From assembly GCF_004010195.1 (NCBI RefSeq), contig NC_057734.1:24320725-24384724 (forward strand): a stretch of DNA of 64,000 nucleotides, in the 5' to 3' direction. The notes beneath the pieces are model-generated. The model worked only from the letters and a program-made list of their open reading frames with translations, was not told the origin of the DNA and ran no database searches. Source of the stretch: Chiloscyllium plagiosum. Lineage: Eukaryota. Made by a program: the position numbers and the translations under genes. This document shows, in pieces, positions 1 through 13,458 of this stretch (its first letter is position 1; each line of letters opens with the position of its first letter).

Positions 1-10
1 AATGGCTTAC

Positions 11-70
11 CAACATTTTTAATTTATAACAATATATATAGGTGTTATCTCCAAATGTACTGTCATCCAT
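11..70 (-). CDS. Candidate first coding exon of a minus-strand gene leaving the window to the left (CCDC63-like by synteny only)
   Basis: Minus strand reads acceptor tgctttcattctAG (93-92), exon 91-11, then donor TTG|GTAAGC (10-5). It has an open frame MDDSTFGDNTYIYCYKLKML ending in phase 0, with a second in-frame ATG at 16-14. No protein-level recognition. Confidence 0.3.
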
Positions 71-1539
71 TTAACAATATGGTGGTCAGGTCTAGAATGA
101 AAGCATTTTTCTTTGATGGAACACTGAAAAGCTAGTGTGATGAGCTAATCTACCAACCAACACACACATACACGATTGACATATGCTGAATGCGTCATCT
201 GTATTTTCATGACACATTGTAGCACTGAAGATGCGAACAACAGTTAATTTTACTGATGCATAAATTCCTGGTTATGATGTTTCTTGGATCAATTTCAAAT
301 ACATTGTACACAGGCAGATACTTAACTAGCTGTGTTGGCACAAAACTGATATTTTTAAGTGGTCACAAATGTAACCAAGAAGAAATATGCTTCCTGAGAA
401 ATAATTATCCTCTGAACATTTGGAAGCAAATTGCTGCTCCAAGATTGCTGTTGCTGGATTTTAATGACTCTAAATTTGGTTTAATATTTTTAACAGGGAC
501 ATTGAATATGCTGTCACATCTATCAACTATGAAGAATTTCAAAACTTGCAAAGGGCACGATATTGGGGTTGTAGTTAATCCTCAGGAGGATCATAACAAA
601 ATACAAGACAAAAACAAAATTGTCAAAATGGTAAATGAATTTCAATAAAAACATATGAGAAGTGATAAAAAGGCCATAAAGATCTTGGAAAATAAAAGTC
701 TAAAGGGGGTACTGACGGAAAAGAATCCAGAGACACACGTTCATAATTGCTAAATCAGTAAAGTAGTAACAAGCTAACAATGGGATAAAACTGCAAAAAC
801 TGGGGCTCATTTCTTGTAGAACATAATCAAAACGTCACTTAGATAAATTATATGGAACCTTAGGTATACTACTTTCAGAGAACTGTGTTCCGTCTTGCTC
901 TTCATGCTACTCAAAAGGATATAGAAATACTGAAGATACTAAAGACAAGGTGAAAACAGGATTGGGAAGTAATAACTGATCAAGAAAGACTGACAGACTG
1001 GGTTATTTTCTCAGGAAAAAAAAGACCTAAAATGGCTTTTAAAACTCTGAGCAGTTTTGATAAGTAGACTAGGACACCATATTTGCCCCTTGGAGGACAG
1101 TTCAAAGAAAGGGGTAAATTAAGGCTTTGGACCATAAACCATCGGGCAGAATGGCCTGCCTCGATGATGAATGCTCTAGAGTGCTGCATACAGCAATTCA
1201 AAAACTCAACCAGTTAAGACAGCCATTTGAGTAAGGTTCTGGCTGCTGACAAAGTACCCTACACACAACGAGAATTCACTCCTTCAGAAAGGAAGACAGG
1301 AAAAATTTAATTCCAGCGTTTCTGAGCCAGAGTTGATTTTATATCCAACTCATTGACATGGAAATGTCTTTCCAAGCATCTTATGCATTTACATCGTCCT
1401 CTCGTGGATTCACAAAAAAAAGGACATTTATTTGCGCTTCAAAGAGGCCATATCGCCACATTTTCAAATATGTGAAAACTATAATTTAAATCGTCCAAAA
1501 GATAACAGTAAATGTTACTACTACATGCTAAAGACTCAC

Positions 1540-1640
1540 TTCAATTGTATTAAATTGGAAGAGAAATAAAGTTGAGATAAGATCTCATAACAGCGCGAAC
1601 TTCACGCTTCTTCCCAAAGTTTGATAATACTAAAGTCTAA
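1540..1640 (-). other. Putative non-coding first exon of the minus-strand gene
   Basis: Strong minus-strand donor GAA|GTGAGT (plus strand actcac 1534-1539) about 100 bp downstream of paired X-boxes in a locally CpG-containing patch. Only a short ATG-TAA uORF inside. Confidence 0.35.
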
Positions 1641-1641
1641 C

Positions 1642-1709
1642 GTTGCCATGGTTATTGGGTCACTGTGACGGAACTGTTAACGTCTCCATTTCAAAGTGAC
1701 CATGGCAAC
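1642..1709. promoter_or_regulatory. Tandem RFX X-box motifs (ciliary-gene type promoter)
   Basis: GTTGCCATGGTTAT (1642-1655) and GTGACCATGGCAAC (1696-1709), both close to the palindromic X-box GTTGCCATGGCAAC. Confidence 0.65.
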
Positions 1710-3869
1710 TGAATCTTGGAGACCAGGCCGCGAGAAAATGAGAGCCCCTGGGCTTTAGTTCAGAGAGTGGCAAACTTTAGGCTTAAAAAAAATGTACAGT
1801 TGTCGTTACTTTTAGAAAATGATTCTTCGGCTGCGTTTCCTTCCATCTGAAATAATGCTGATTGTCCTAGGTGTCTTGGTATGTTAAATTGCCAAATGGG
1901 CTTGTAGAACATGGCATTGTGCAGTCTCAGAGTGAAAAATCCTGAATATCCACCCTATATTCTCAGTTCTAACAACTCCACCTTCCCAAAGAAGAAAATA
2001 TAGAAACAATTAGAGGGTACTGTTAACAGTACAGTAACTCAATAGCTAATTCAAACCTAGGATTTTCTTAATTGTGAATTTTCACAATCTGAGAGAATGC
2101 ATTAAAATGGTATTTTAAACGTTTGGGTATTCTCACCCGATACAACAGCAGTTCAGCATATGGATAAAAATAAAGAAAACGGGCAAAGCCAAAGAAGTAG
2201 TGTAATTTATATATTGCATATATAGCTCAAGATGTCTGTATACAAAAGTATTTAGGCAAAATAAAAATTGGTTTATCAGGTGGTGAGTAATCCTAGATCT
2301 TTAACTAGATTGTGTAGTCTTTAGCAAATAATATCCTCAGATTGATTCTATTTTTGTCAAGATGTTTTATGGGAGTGTGGTATTTTTGAAAGGAATGCTT
2401 CATTTGTCTGATCGCTATCATTATTTGCAGAATGTGTGTTAGTTTCTGTTTGCAATGTGTTATATGAATCAAACATCATAAAGAAAAGATTAGTTGAATA
2501 CATATTTTCTGGAACAGCTCAAATTCACATTAGTACCAGCAATGTTTACACAACAGGGATGCTGTGTGAAATTGATATGTCGATAGGTACATTTACTAAT
2601 GTGAAGTAAATGTTTTTGAGATGGGAATTCAATCTGTTTTCAAGTAACATATTTTGCTGTCAAGAACAAATGATTTTTGCCTGAGAAAAAAATCTGTTCT
2701 ACTGTTAAAGCCAACTCCCAATACTTTACTGCAGACATTTCATATCTGAAATCAGTTCAGTATTTGCATTCTTCCTGAAGTACAGACTTCAATCATCATA
2801 CTAAATGTTTCATCAAAATAACCTCAGTGAATTTGATCACTACTTTTCCCTCCAAATGTTTTTCATCATTCACAATCTTATTGTAGATGGGTGTAATAGT
2901 GACATTACCGATTTTGATTAAAACTTGGCTCATGACTGGTAACAGCTTTCCCACTATCGAAAACTTTCCCACTGGCTATACTTCCTATGTCCTGTCATCT
3001 CCAAACTATCATGGTGGTGATTGGTCATCAACCCATCACTAAAAAAAGTTAATTATTCTGACTTTCCAAATGAACACCAAACTGCAATCTTCCTTTTCTT
3101 TGCCAAGTTCTGTAAAATGCTATTCCCTATCAAATCTAATACTACTTTTCTTGCTACTGTCTGAATCTCTCAAATCAGTTTTCCACTGCCACAACATTTA
3201 AATAAAAATGGAAGCATTAAATTACAAAAAGATATTACTACATTAATTGAATTGGTAAAAGGGTGCTATATGGATATCAAAATAGTCAAGTTCAGAGGCT
3301 GATCTAGGCATCTTTTTAAAAACTTATCTGTCTGGATTCATCTCTTATTTGTGTGTAAATGTGTTGTGTTACTATTTCTTCTTACATTTAGTAATTTAAA
3401 CAATCTCACAAGAAAGCCTGCTAAGGTTGGCTCATTTTAAAACACAAGCTTATTTGCGGCTGGGAGAAACGTATCCACAAGGGAGGGCATTCTTTTTGAA
3501 CTAAACCTTTTTGCAATGGATTGAGGGGTAGCTGAATAACAAAGGGGTGCCAGTTCACTCCTCCTCAGCCGGGAGCTTAATGGTTTGATATATTCCATCT
3601 GAAAATCCAACAATTTGGGAAATTTCACTTAGGACTCATCGTACAAATTGTAAGGTTATCCACTTTAGATCCAATAAGGCTAACTCAGAATACTTTCAAA
3701 GTGGTGAAAAGCTAACAGTTGTGTCGGTGCAAAGGAACCTACAAATATGGTCCACATATCTAGATCATTAAAATATAATGGAGAGGTGCAAAAAGAAATG
3801 AAAAAGACTAACTCAAACACTAGCATTTTAACAACTAGAATTAGAAATTATTGAACAATAACAAAATAT

Positions 3870-4670
3870 TGCAGTTGCTGTAAATCTGAAGTAAAAACAA
3901 TCAGTGGAGAGAGAAATAAAATTCATGTTTTGTGTCCAATATGATTCTTCTTTGGAATTGAAGAGAGAGTTGGAAACATGATGAGTTTTCACTTGTACAA
4001 AAAGGTGGAGAGGAACAAGTAGAACAGAAGGAAAGCTTTGGGTAGGATTAAATGTGAGGTAGATCAAAGATCACTGTTGGCACAGGACAAAATGCAATGG
4101 GAATGTTAAGAGTAGTAAAGAAAAGCCATGTAGAGTAGGTGTTAATGGTAGAATATAGGTCAAGAAAATATGGTGCAAAGCAGTCACCCAGTCTGAGATT
4201 AGTCTCCCCAGTGTAGAAGAGGTGGCATTTTGAGCAATAAATATAGTAGATTAACCTGGAAGAAATTTAAGATCTTGGACAGTGAGGAGGAAAGAGGTAA
4301 AAGAGCACATGCCACTGTTCTTGCAATTGTTTGTGAAGGTACTGTGAGAGCAAGATGAGGTGTCAGGGGTGGTGGAAGAGCAGACCATGGTGTGCAAAGT
4401 GAACAGCCTCTTCCTAATGTTGATTGTGGAGGGTAAAACATGCTTGAACTGGCTGAAATGGTGCAAGGTATTCTTTGAATACAAGGGTTGGTGGGACAGA
4501 AGGTAAAAGCAAAGAGAACTCTATCACAGCTCTGGGCAGGACAGAAAGGGCTGAGGGCAGAAGTATGGAAAATGGGTCAGATGTGGTTAAGAGTCATTCC
4601 AACCACAGATGATGAGTGGGATGCAGAATCCTTGATTGAGGAATGAGGAAAAAATGTTGGAAGCACTTTT
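3870..4670 (-). mobile_element. Old degraded Penelope-like element fragment
   Basis: Antisense similarity to the GIY-YIG region and terminal repeat of the younger copies at 52714-54085 and 57326-57879. Confidence 0.5.
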
Positions 4671-4729
4671 GTGACTTTTGTAATTTTCAGACTTGGGAAA
4701 TCCATCACAGCAGTATAAAATTAATAATT

Positions 4730-5140
4730 TGATATCTGGATTCCTTGGGATACATTATAAGGAGAGATCATAGATATTAGGGCTGTATTCCTGGGAATTT
4801 AGAAGATTAGGAATGAATTGCTAGATTTGTCAAGTTATTAAAGAGAACTCTCAGGATGGATAGCAAGAAATTATTTCCACTGATTGGGGAATCTAGATCT
4901 GGAGCCTTTGAATTAGAGCTAAGCTTTTTAGTTGAAGTCAGAGAACATTTGGAACTCTACAAGTTGTAGTGATTGCTGAGACAATTGCTAATTATAAGTT
5001 TGAGATTAATAACTTTATGTTGACCATAAATATTCATAAATAAGGAACAGAGGCGGCTATATGGAGTTAGATCACAGATGATTTATTTGAATGCCAATAC
5101 AGACTGAAGGATAAATGGCTTATTCTTCTTTCTGTTTCCT
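4730..5140 (+). mobile_element. Old CR1 LINE 3' remnant
   Basis: Degenerate match to the CR1 ORF2 end and tail seen at 23193-24155. Confidence 0.5.
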
Positions 5141-5399
5141 ATTCAACTCACAAAGATACATTCGTTGCAGGTGACATTTTTGTTTTCATCCTCTTCAATT
5201 GCTCTGCATTCAATAGTGTGCTCAACTGTATCATCCTTCTCTAATGTCTCAGCATGACCACACTTACAGGATCTCTTAAGTGTAACATAATCATAACAGT
5301 TCTAGCAATTACTTATCTTCCCTCTTTTGACCATTGACTTTGATGACCCCTAAATATATAAACCTCAAATCCTCCATATACTGATCATCTAAAGATATG

Positions 5400-6270
5400 G
5401 CTTCAGCTTCCACACGTACACTGATGACGACTCCCAGCCCTTCCTCATTACTATTTCTCTAGATCTCTTCACTGACTCTCCATAGTCATCAATATCCAAA
5501 ATGGATGAGCTGCAGTTTCATCCAATTAATCTTCGGAAAGGCTGAAGCCATCATCTTTGGCTACCTCTGCAAATTCCATGCCTACACCATCCACTTCTTC
5601 AGACCATTTTGTCAGGTTGAACCAGAAGGTTTGCTTCTTCATTATCCTTCTCAATGTGAACTGTGATTTACACACCTACTCTCCCAGCACAAAATCACAA
5701 CATTTGCCCCATAACATTTCCTGCATTCATCCCTGCTTCAGCCCATATGCTATTGAAACTTTAATGTTTTTTCATCAGCAGTCTTGACTATTCTGATATT
5801 TTCTTCAGCCCAGTGTCCATTCTTCATTCACTGTAAACATTAGCTCATTTAGAATTCTTTATGTTCATCCCTATCTTGCACAAAGTTCCACTCACCCTTC
5901 ATTCATGGCTTTCTTATTGATATTTGCTACTGGTCATAATATCTCCAACTTAATGTTCTAATTACCATGCTTGAATCTTTTCATGACATTGCTGTACCCT
6001 ATTTTAAGCCATAAAAACACCCCCAGAAAATTCCATTCCTTTCACCCTGGCCATATGTGCAGTTTTACTTCCTTTGCCCAGCCAATGGTGACTATGCTTT
6101 AAGCCATTATGTATTCAAACTCCATCCCTAAACATTTTTTCAACTCCCCATTTCCTTCTGTCCTTCATCCTTCAAAATGTATTTCTTTCATTAAACTTTT
6201 GAGTACTTCTCTTAATTTCTCACTTTGTATCTCAGCATCCATTCCAGATACTAGTTCTGAAGCACATTAA
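5400..6270 (+). mobile_element. Old L2-like LINE 3' remnant
   Basis: Degenerate YADD-like segment (tacactgatgac) followed by pyrimidine-rich L2-type ORF2 end. Confidence 0.45.
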
Positions 6271-8789
6271 AGTGTAGCATTAATCAATATTTTTGCTGAG
6301 ATGGTTAGTGGTCTGAAAATTCCTGTATATTATGCTAGAATTTTTGAAGTTATGAATTTTGACAAGTCTGTTCCATTTTGCTCTAGCAGACAACCTTAAT
6401 TAAATAAAAATAGAAAAGGTTACATTATACTCCACCAGCCAGCATCTGAGCAGAGATGGACAGGTCAATAATTCAAGCTGAACCATTCATAAGAACTGAA
6501 GAATAAAAGATAAGCCAGCATTTTTAGATAGAATCAGAGCTTGAAGAGAGAAGGGAAAAAAACCAAACAACTGTAGAGAAGGACATAAAGTGGAATGATC
6601 ATTACACAGTGTTAAAGATCAGCTCAGTTAGGTGTTGAAAAGAAAGAAAAATATGTGAGCTGAAGCAGTGAGAGCCAGACCAAGATCAGTTTGGTAAATT
6701 GGGAGAACTTGCAGAAAGCATGCAAATCAAATCTGAAATTATAAAGAAAGAATATGTATTTATATAGACAATTTGATATACTCTTTATTCTATATAATTA
6801 AGGTCCAAAACAAGGCAATGAGATAAATTAGTAATCTATTTTGATATTGTTTGCTGAGGGAAAAATGTTAGCAGGGCCACTGGGTGCAGGATCAAAATAT
6901 GATGTTTGGAGTACCTCGTGTACTCAAAGGACGTTGGGGCAAAGAACTATTTTGTTTTGGATTCCCCACACTTGTGGGTTTTTGTTACTTTGTATTGCCA
7001 TAGGCTCATGCTATAACTATTCCTTTAACATTGCCAAATTGAAGTTCCCTTGTAATGTGGTGCTATATTGTTCAGACTACAAAATCCTCAGTTGGATTAA
7101 TGGTCATTCTGAGTTAGCTGATCATATTTCCATTGCTGAGCAAGCATCTGGTTTAACACTAAGGGAGTTCAGAAGGAAAGTTAGCCTCGGACCAATCTAG
7201 TGATGGGCTCAGAATTGCAGGAATTCTGAAAAGCAGACACTTAAATCCACATGAAAATTAAATTTAGAAACTGGCTAAGAATCAAATATTCATTCACCAG
7301 TTCATTAGTACACTCCTCAAAATAACTTTTGGAATTTTTTTTGGTATATTGTCTGTCATCATCTAATAATTCCCTAAACTCAATCAAGGTTCATGTTATG
7401 TGAAAGAAAATTCTTTCAAGTTGTTGTTTTGTACAAAAGGAGACTGGAATGCAGAAGTTGTCAGGAAGAACAAAGATTCTCTTAAGGGTAACGGAGAAAC
7501 TGAAACAGTCATTCAAAATGGAAATCTGTATGAAGCAATTGTTACAATTCCAGCTGATGGTACTAGTGAACAAGTTAGGACCCAGAATGAAATTTGGCCT
7601 GAAAGATCATATTTTCTTTGGTTAATATGGTGATCATTCCCTGAAAGATAGCCACATAGGGCTGCAGAGTTCTTCAAACAATAAAAGTTTATTATACAAA
7701 AGACACAAAAAAGTCATCAAGATATAGAACAGTTGGAAAAAGAACCCTTAAAATATCCAGCATTACAAAGTTTCAATCTATTCCCCCAATCACTTTACAG
7801 CAATTCAAATCCAGAGAAATTACCTTTCTCTTTCAAATCCTTAAATTCAACATAATTGATTGCCTCCAACTCTTTCCAATGAACTGTGAAATCTTCTTGC
7901 ATGAATATCCACAAAACTGAGAGTTTAGACTTTCTCAGTTTTCTTAATAACCTGTAGATTTCTAACCAAATACTCCTGCTCTGGATGATACACAAATGAA
8001 ACTTTTCCACTGAGGTAACTGTGTGCTCCTTGAACTACCCTGTGCTCTTTTCATTTTAGGACATAAATTTCCTTCTGACCATAGTAGGATCTTCTCCATA
8101 ACTGAAGTTATCTCTCTTTTTCATGGACTCCTACTCTTCCTGTCGAATTTTATGTGACTGAGATCTAGGCACAACACAGTCCAGAAATAATCCTGGATGT
8201 TCCTCTTGTAATATTTCAGTTTCTTTCAGTCTTACTAGTTCTTCCACCATTCTCAATGTGGCCAAAGCATTTCACAAGATATAAACAATTCCTTTTATAG
8301 GAATTTGTTGTATGGTTCCAACTACAATGTCTCCATTTACTAAGTCGTTCTTTAATCCAACAATATATAATGGCACTAATTGTACTCTCCATGTATACTT
8401 CCAATTAATATTTTCTCTTTCATTAACCCTTTTGGAAGACAAATAGTATCATCAGCTGACATCAGTGGCTTGTTCCAGTGTCTCTCAATATGTCTATTGG
8501 TTTACCTCTTTGATTTGAAGCATATAAAAAACCCACCTTTTTTCTGAGATAAAATCTTCAGAATCTCTAGTTACCTGATTCTCATTATTAATATTTAAAA
8601 GATAACTTTAATGATTGTTCACAATTGTCTCTTCTTTTTAAGAAAACATGTTCTATCTGTACTATCATTACAGTTTTAGTACTTCCTTCCTTCCTGATGC
8701 CCCCTGTTTTGAGGGTTACTTAGCCATCCCTATTAATGCAATGAATCTTCAATTTAATTTTCAGCAATTGGCTTTGATTTGTCTCTATC

Positions 8790-9100
8790 TCTGGGGTGGG
8801 GAGTCAAGAACTAGAGGGCATAGATTTAGAGTGAGAGGGGAAAGATATAAAAGGGGCAACTTTTTCACGCAGAGGCTGGTACGTGTATGGAATGAGCTGC
8901 CAGAGGATGTGGTGGAGGCTAGTACAATTGCAACATTTAAAAGGCATCTGGATGGGTATATGAATAGGAAGGATTTGGAGGGTTATGGGTTGGGTACTGG
9001 CAGGTGGGACTAGATTGAGTTGGGATATCTGGTTGGCATGGACAGGTTGGACCGAAGGGTCTGTTTCCGTGCTGTACATCTCTGTGACTGTATAACTCTA
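8790..9100 (+). mobile_element. CR1 LINE 3' end
   Basis: Encodes ESRTRGHRFRVRG...NFFTQRLVRVWNELP, the CR1 ORF2 C-terminus, plus short tandem tail. Confidence 0.85.
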
Positions 9101-9549
9101 TCTTAAGTTTCCTGTTTTCTAATTTTAATTCATGGGGAAGTAATGGCCTAATTGTATTACTACTGGACTATTAATCTGGGGATTTGGTTCAAATTCCACC
9201 GTGACCTCGTCAGCAATGCCCTCATCCCGTCAATGAATTTTTTAAAATAACCATACAGTCTGTTCTGCTATAATGCAAGTTTCTTCAGTGTGAACTGCCT
9301 ATAGCACGATTTCAGAATTTAGACTATTATCAGTAGAACATGAACTTTCCTCACCTGTGTTGGCTATAATGTGATCCAGTCCCATTAAATGGCACTGCTA
9401 TTACGTGATTTTCTTATAGCATGGGAATGGAACTATCACATTATATCAGAACAGACTGTCTTCAGCATTTCTTCCTTACAGATCCTGCTTTTATTTTAAC
9501 TTTCAATTTTATCTGCTAACTCTCTCAGTCCAATGTTACTCAAAACTTT

Positions 9550-9774
9550 AATGACTTGGAGGTGGCGGTGTTGGACTGGGGTGGACAAAGTTAAAAATCA
9601 CACAACACCAGATTATAATCCAACAGGTTTATTTAGAAGCACTAGATTTCAGAGCACCACTCCTTCATTGGGTGGTTGATAACCATCTGATGAAGGCGCA
9701 GCCCTCTGAAAGTTAGTACTTCCAAATAAATCTGTTATAGTATAACCTGGTTTTGTATGATTTTTAACTTTGTC
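9550..9774 (-). mobile_element. Short fold-back element (PLE terminal-repeat derived) with hammerhead-like core
   Basis: About 95-bp imperfect inverted arms (gacaaagttaaaaatcacac... / ...gatttttaactttgtc) plus an unpaired tail of about 35 nt. Same termini as 41007-42109. Confidence 0.75.
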
Positions 9775-10267
9775 AAAGATTTCAAATAGTTCACTGGTAT
9801 GTCTTCTATTACCAGAAACCTCTTAGCAACATTCATAGCCATCTTGACAATCTAATCCATGCAATAAACTTCCCATCCTCCCTTTACCTTTCTCAATCTG
9901 TCTGTCTTCTTTCCTCTCAGCTGAAAGAAAATAATCCATGCAGCTTTGTCCTCCAAAAATCATCGCCACCACTATTACTCCACCAGGAAACATTTTGCAT
10001 TGAAATGAAAGTTGGCAGTTTTTTCCAGAGAGACTTAAATGCAATTTGGTAAAAAGGTAACCGATTTATAAAAAATGATATGAAAGAAAACTTTGTGGGA
10101 ACAACATGACCTCTATCAAACACCTACCCTATCACCAGCATGGCCCTCTCTACCATCCACCTCTCATTGCTTTCTCCCATGGTGTGACTCTCATCTCTCT
10201 CCCATCCTCCCCAAGCCAGATTCTGCCTGAGACCGAATTCATTACAAACCCATAATTCGCCTTGAGA

Positions 10268-10608
10268 TCATAGAATCCCTTCTGTGTGGAAGTAGGCCAA
10301 TCAGCCTATCATGTCCACTCTGACCCTCTGAAGAGCATCCCACCCAGATCCACTATCCCCCCCACCTTATCCCTGCATTTCCCTATGGCTAATTCATCTA
10401 GTCTGAACATCTCTGGACACTACAGGCAATTTAGCTTGGCCAATCCACCTAATCCTTGGACTTTGGGAGGAAACCAGACCACCCAGAGGAAGCACAAGCA
10501 GACATGAGGAGAACGTGCAAACTCCATGTAGACAGCCACCTGAGGGTGGAATAGAACCCAGATCCCTGGTGCTGTGAGATAGCAGTGCTGACCACTGAGT
10601 CACTGTGG
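10268..10608 (-). mobile_element. tRNA-derived V-SINE (HE1-like)
   Basis: Minus strand has A box GACTCAGTGG, B box GGTTCTATTCC, V-domain-like ggagtttgcacgttctcc...ggtttcctccca and a CR1-like tail. Confidence 0.85.
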
Positions 10609-10609
10609 C

Positions 10610-11226
10610 GATGGTCAGCTGCCACTCGAATTGCAAAAGTCCATTAAATGAAAGGATTCCACAGTGCTGTCAGGGATAGAGTTCCAGGATTTTGACCCAG
10701 CAGCAATAAAAAAAAGCAAAATATTTCCAAATCATATACCAGTTCAATGAAGAGTGCAGAAGGCTATATCAGGAGTAACATCAGATATGTCTAAAAATAA
10801 GTTACAAAACCAGGTCTACCTGTTTGCCAGTTAGCATAAATAACAATTGATAGACAGGGCTAAATGATTGTATAGCCAATAGATCTATGGTAGATGAGTT
10901 TGAGGGGAACTTACAGGTGGTTTACCCAGCTGTCTGCAATCTTGATCTTATAAGTTGTAGAGGTTGTGATTTTGAAAGATTTTGTCAAAAGAGATTTGGC
11001 AAGTTGCTTTAGTGCATTACGTAGATTGTACACACCACTGTCACTGTGCATTAGTGATAGAGGAAGTTAATATTTAAGGTGGTAGATGGGGTGGCAATCA
11101 AAAGGGTTGCTTTTTCATGGATGGTGTCACGCTTCTTAAATGTTGTTGATTCTCCATTCAATCAGACAAGTGGAGAATATTCTATCACATTCCTGACTTG
11201 CGCTTGTAAAAGGCTTTGGGGAAAGA
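10610..11226 (-). mobile_element. Old antisense LINE (CR1/L2 group) fragment, continuing at about 13470-14225
   Basis: Reverse-complement similarity to the LINE piece at 58580-58800 (YKAQVRSLMEYF motif). Confidence 0.5.
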
Positions 11227-12155
11227 CCATAATTAGTGACCATAATTCAGTTACATTTGGTTTAGCGATGGAAAGAGATAGGTATGTGCCACAGGTCAAG
11301 AGTTATCGATGGGGCAAAGGCAATTATAATGCGATTAGGCAAGAATTAGGATGCATGGAATGGGGTTGCAAAATGCGGGGGATGCAGACAATGGAAATGT
11401 GGAGCTGGTTTAAGGAACAGATATTGTGTGTCCTTGATAGGTATGTCCCTGTCAGCCAGGGAGGAAGTGATAGGGTAAGGGAACCGTGGTTTACCACAGA
11501 AATTGCATCTCTTGTTACGAAGAAGAAGGAGGATCAGATGAGGCGATGGAGAGTTACAGATCAGCTAGGAAGGATTTAAAGAGAGAGTTAAGAAGAGCCA
11601 AGAGAGGATATGATCAGTCTTTAGCAAATAGAATAAAGGAGAACCCTAAAGCTTTCTATAGGTATGTGAGGAATAAAAGGATGATTAGGTTAAGAATAGG
11701 GCCAATCAAAGACAGAAGTGGGAAGTTGAGCCTGGACCCTATGGAGATCGGAGAGGTGCTAAACGAACATTTCTCATTGGTTTTCACTCAGGAAAAGGAA
11801 AATATTGTTGAGGAGAAGAATGAGGTATGAGATATTAGACTAGAAAGGATTGAGGTTAGTTACAAACAGGTGTTACCAATTCTAGAAGAAATGAAAGTAG
11901 ACAAGTCCCCTGGGCCGGATGGGATTTATCCAAGGATTCTCTGGGAAGCTAGGGAGGAGATAGCTGAGCCTTTGGCTTTGATATTTGAGTCATCATTGTC
12001 TACAGGTTTGGTACCAGAGGACTGGAGGATTACAAATGTTGTGCCCTTGTTCAAGAAAGGCAGTAGAGATGATGCAGGTAATTATAGACCAGTGAGCCTT
12101 ACCTCTGTTGTAGGAAAGGTTTTGGAAAGGATTATAAGAGATAAGATTTATAATC
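11227..12155 (+). mobile_element. CR1 LINE ORF2 fragment (relatively young), runs into gap
   Basis: SDHNSVTF, IKENPKAFYRYV, DKSPGPDGIYPRIL, VPEDWR, GNYRPVSLTSVVGKVLE motifs with frameshifts. Confidence 0.92.
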
Positions 12156-13115
12156 NNNNNNNNNNNNNNNNNNNNNNNNNNNNNNNNNNNNNNNNNNNNN
12201 NNNNNNNNNNNNNNNNNNNNNNNNNNNNNNNNNNNNNNNNNNNNNNNNNNNNNNNNNNNNNNNNNNNNNNNNNNNNNNNNNNNNNNNNNNNNNNNNNNNN
12301 NNNNNNNNNNNNNNNNNNNNNNNNNNNNNNNNNNNNNNNNNNNNNNNNNNNNNNNNNNNNNNNNNNNNNNNNNNNNNNNNNNNNNNNNNNNNNNNNNNNN
12401 NNNNNNNNNNNNNNNNNNNNNNNNNNNNNNNNNNNNNNNNNNNNNNNNNNNNNNNNNNNNNNNNNNNNNNNNNNNNNNNNNNNNNNNNNNNNNNNNNNNN
12501 NNNNNNNNNNNNNNNNNNNNNNNNNNNNNNNNNNNNNNNNNNNNNNNNNNNNNNNNNNNNNNNNNNNNNNNNNNNNNNNNNNNNNNNNNNNNNNNNNNNN
12601 NNNNNNNNNNNNNNNNNNNNNNNNNNNNNNNNNNNNNNNNNNNNNNNNNNNNNNNNNNNNNNNNNNNNNNNNNNNNNNNNNNNNNNNNNNNNNNNNNNNN
12701 NNNNNNNNNNNNNNNNNNNNNNNNNNNNNNNNNNNNNNNNNNNNNNNNNNNNNNNNNNNNNNNNNNNNNNNNNNNNNNNNNNNNNNNNNNNNNNNNNNNN
12801 NNNNNNNNNNNNNNNNNNNNNNNNNNNNNNNNNNNNNNNNNNNNNNNNNNNNNNNNNNNNNNNNNNNNNNNNNNNNNNNNNNNNNNNNNNNNNNNNNNNN
12901 NNNNNNNNNNNNNNNNNNNNNNNNNNNNNNNNNNNNNNNNNNNNNNNNNNNNNNNNNNNNNNNNNNNNNNNNNNNNNNNNNNNNNNNNNNNNNNNNNNNN
13001 NNNNNNNNNNNNNNNNNNNNNNNNNNNNNNNNNNNNNNNNNNNNNNNNNNNNNNNNNNNNNNNNNNNNNNNNNNNNNNNNNNNNNNNNNNNNNNNNNNNN
13101 NNNNNNNNNNNNNNN
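12156..13115. other. Assembly gap
   Basis: Run of N. Confidence 1.
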
Positions 13116-13458
13116 AGTTCGACTGGGACAACACTATTATCATAGGACAAGCCAAATAGAGAACAGCCAGGGAATTCCTAGAGGCATGGCACTCATCCAC
13201 AGATTCAATCAATAAGCACATCGACCTGGACCCAATATACCGACCACTGCAACGGACAGCTGGAACTGACAACCGGAAGCGGCAGAGACAAACTACTATA
13301 AATGCCGGAGGAAACATCACAGAAGCGCTTCACAGGAGCCTACCAAGCACTAAGGATGTCACCTAGACAGGGGACGAAATGTCTGCAATACAAATTCCCA
13401 GATCGGCAAACAGAACCACAACAACGAGCACCTGAGCTACAAATCTTCTCACAAATTT
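13116..13458 (+). mobile_element. Penelope-like (Poseidon-type) 3' end with hammerhead-like motif
   Basis: FDWDNTIIIGQAK*RTAREFLEAWHS..INKHIDL is a GIY-YIG C-terminus. It is followed by gca-ctaagga-t-gtcacc..ggggac-gaaa-tgtc-tgc (13347-13386). Confidence 0.8.

Noticed and set aside
256-648. 130-aa plus-strand ORF
   Set aside because: No recognisable domain or splice context. AT-rich and partly overlapping a decayed LINE-like remnant.
10540-10608. tRNA-like A and B boxes
   Set aside because: Head of a SINE, with no complete cloverleaf.
11870-13320. Long ORFs of 385-429 aa
   Set aside because: Artefacts of translating through the N gap. The two flanks are different elements (CR1 and Penelope).
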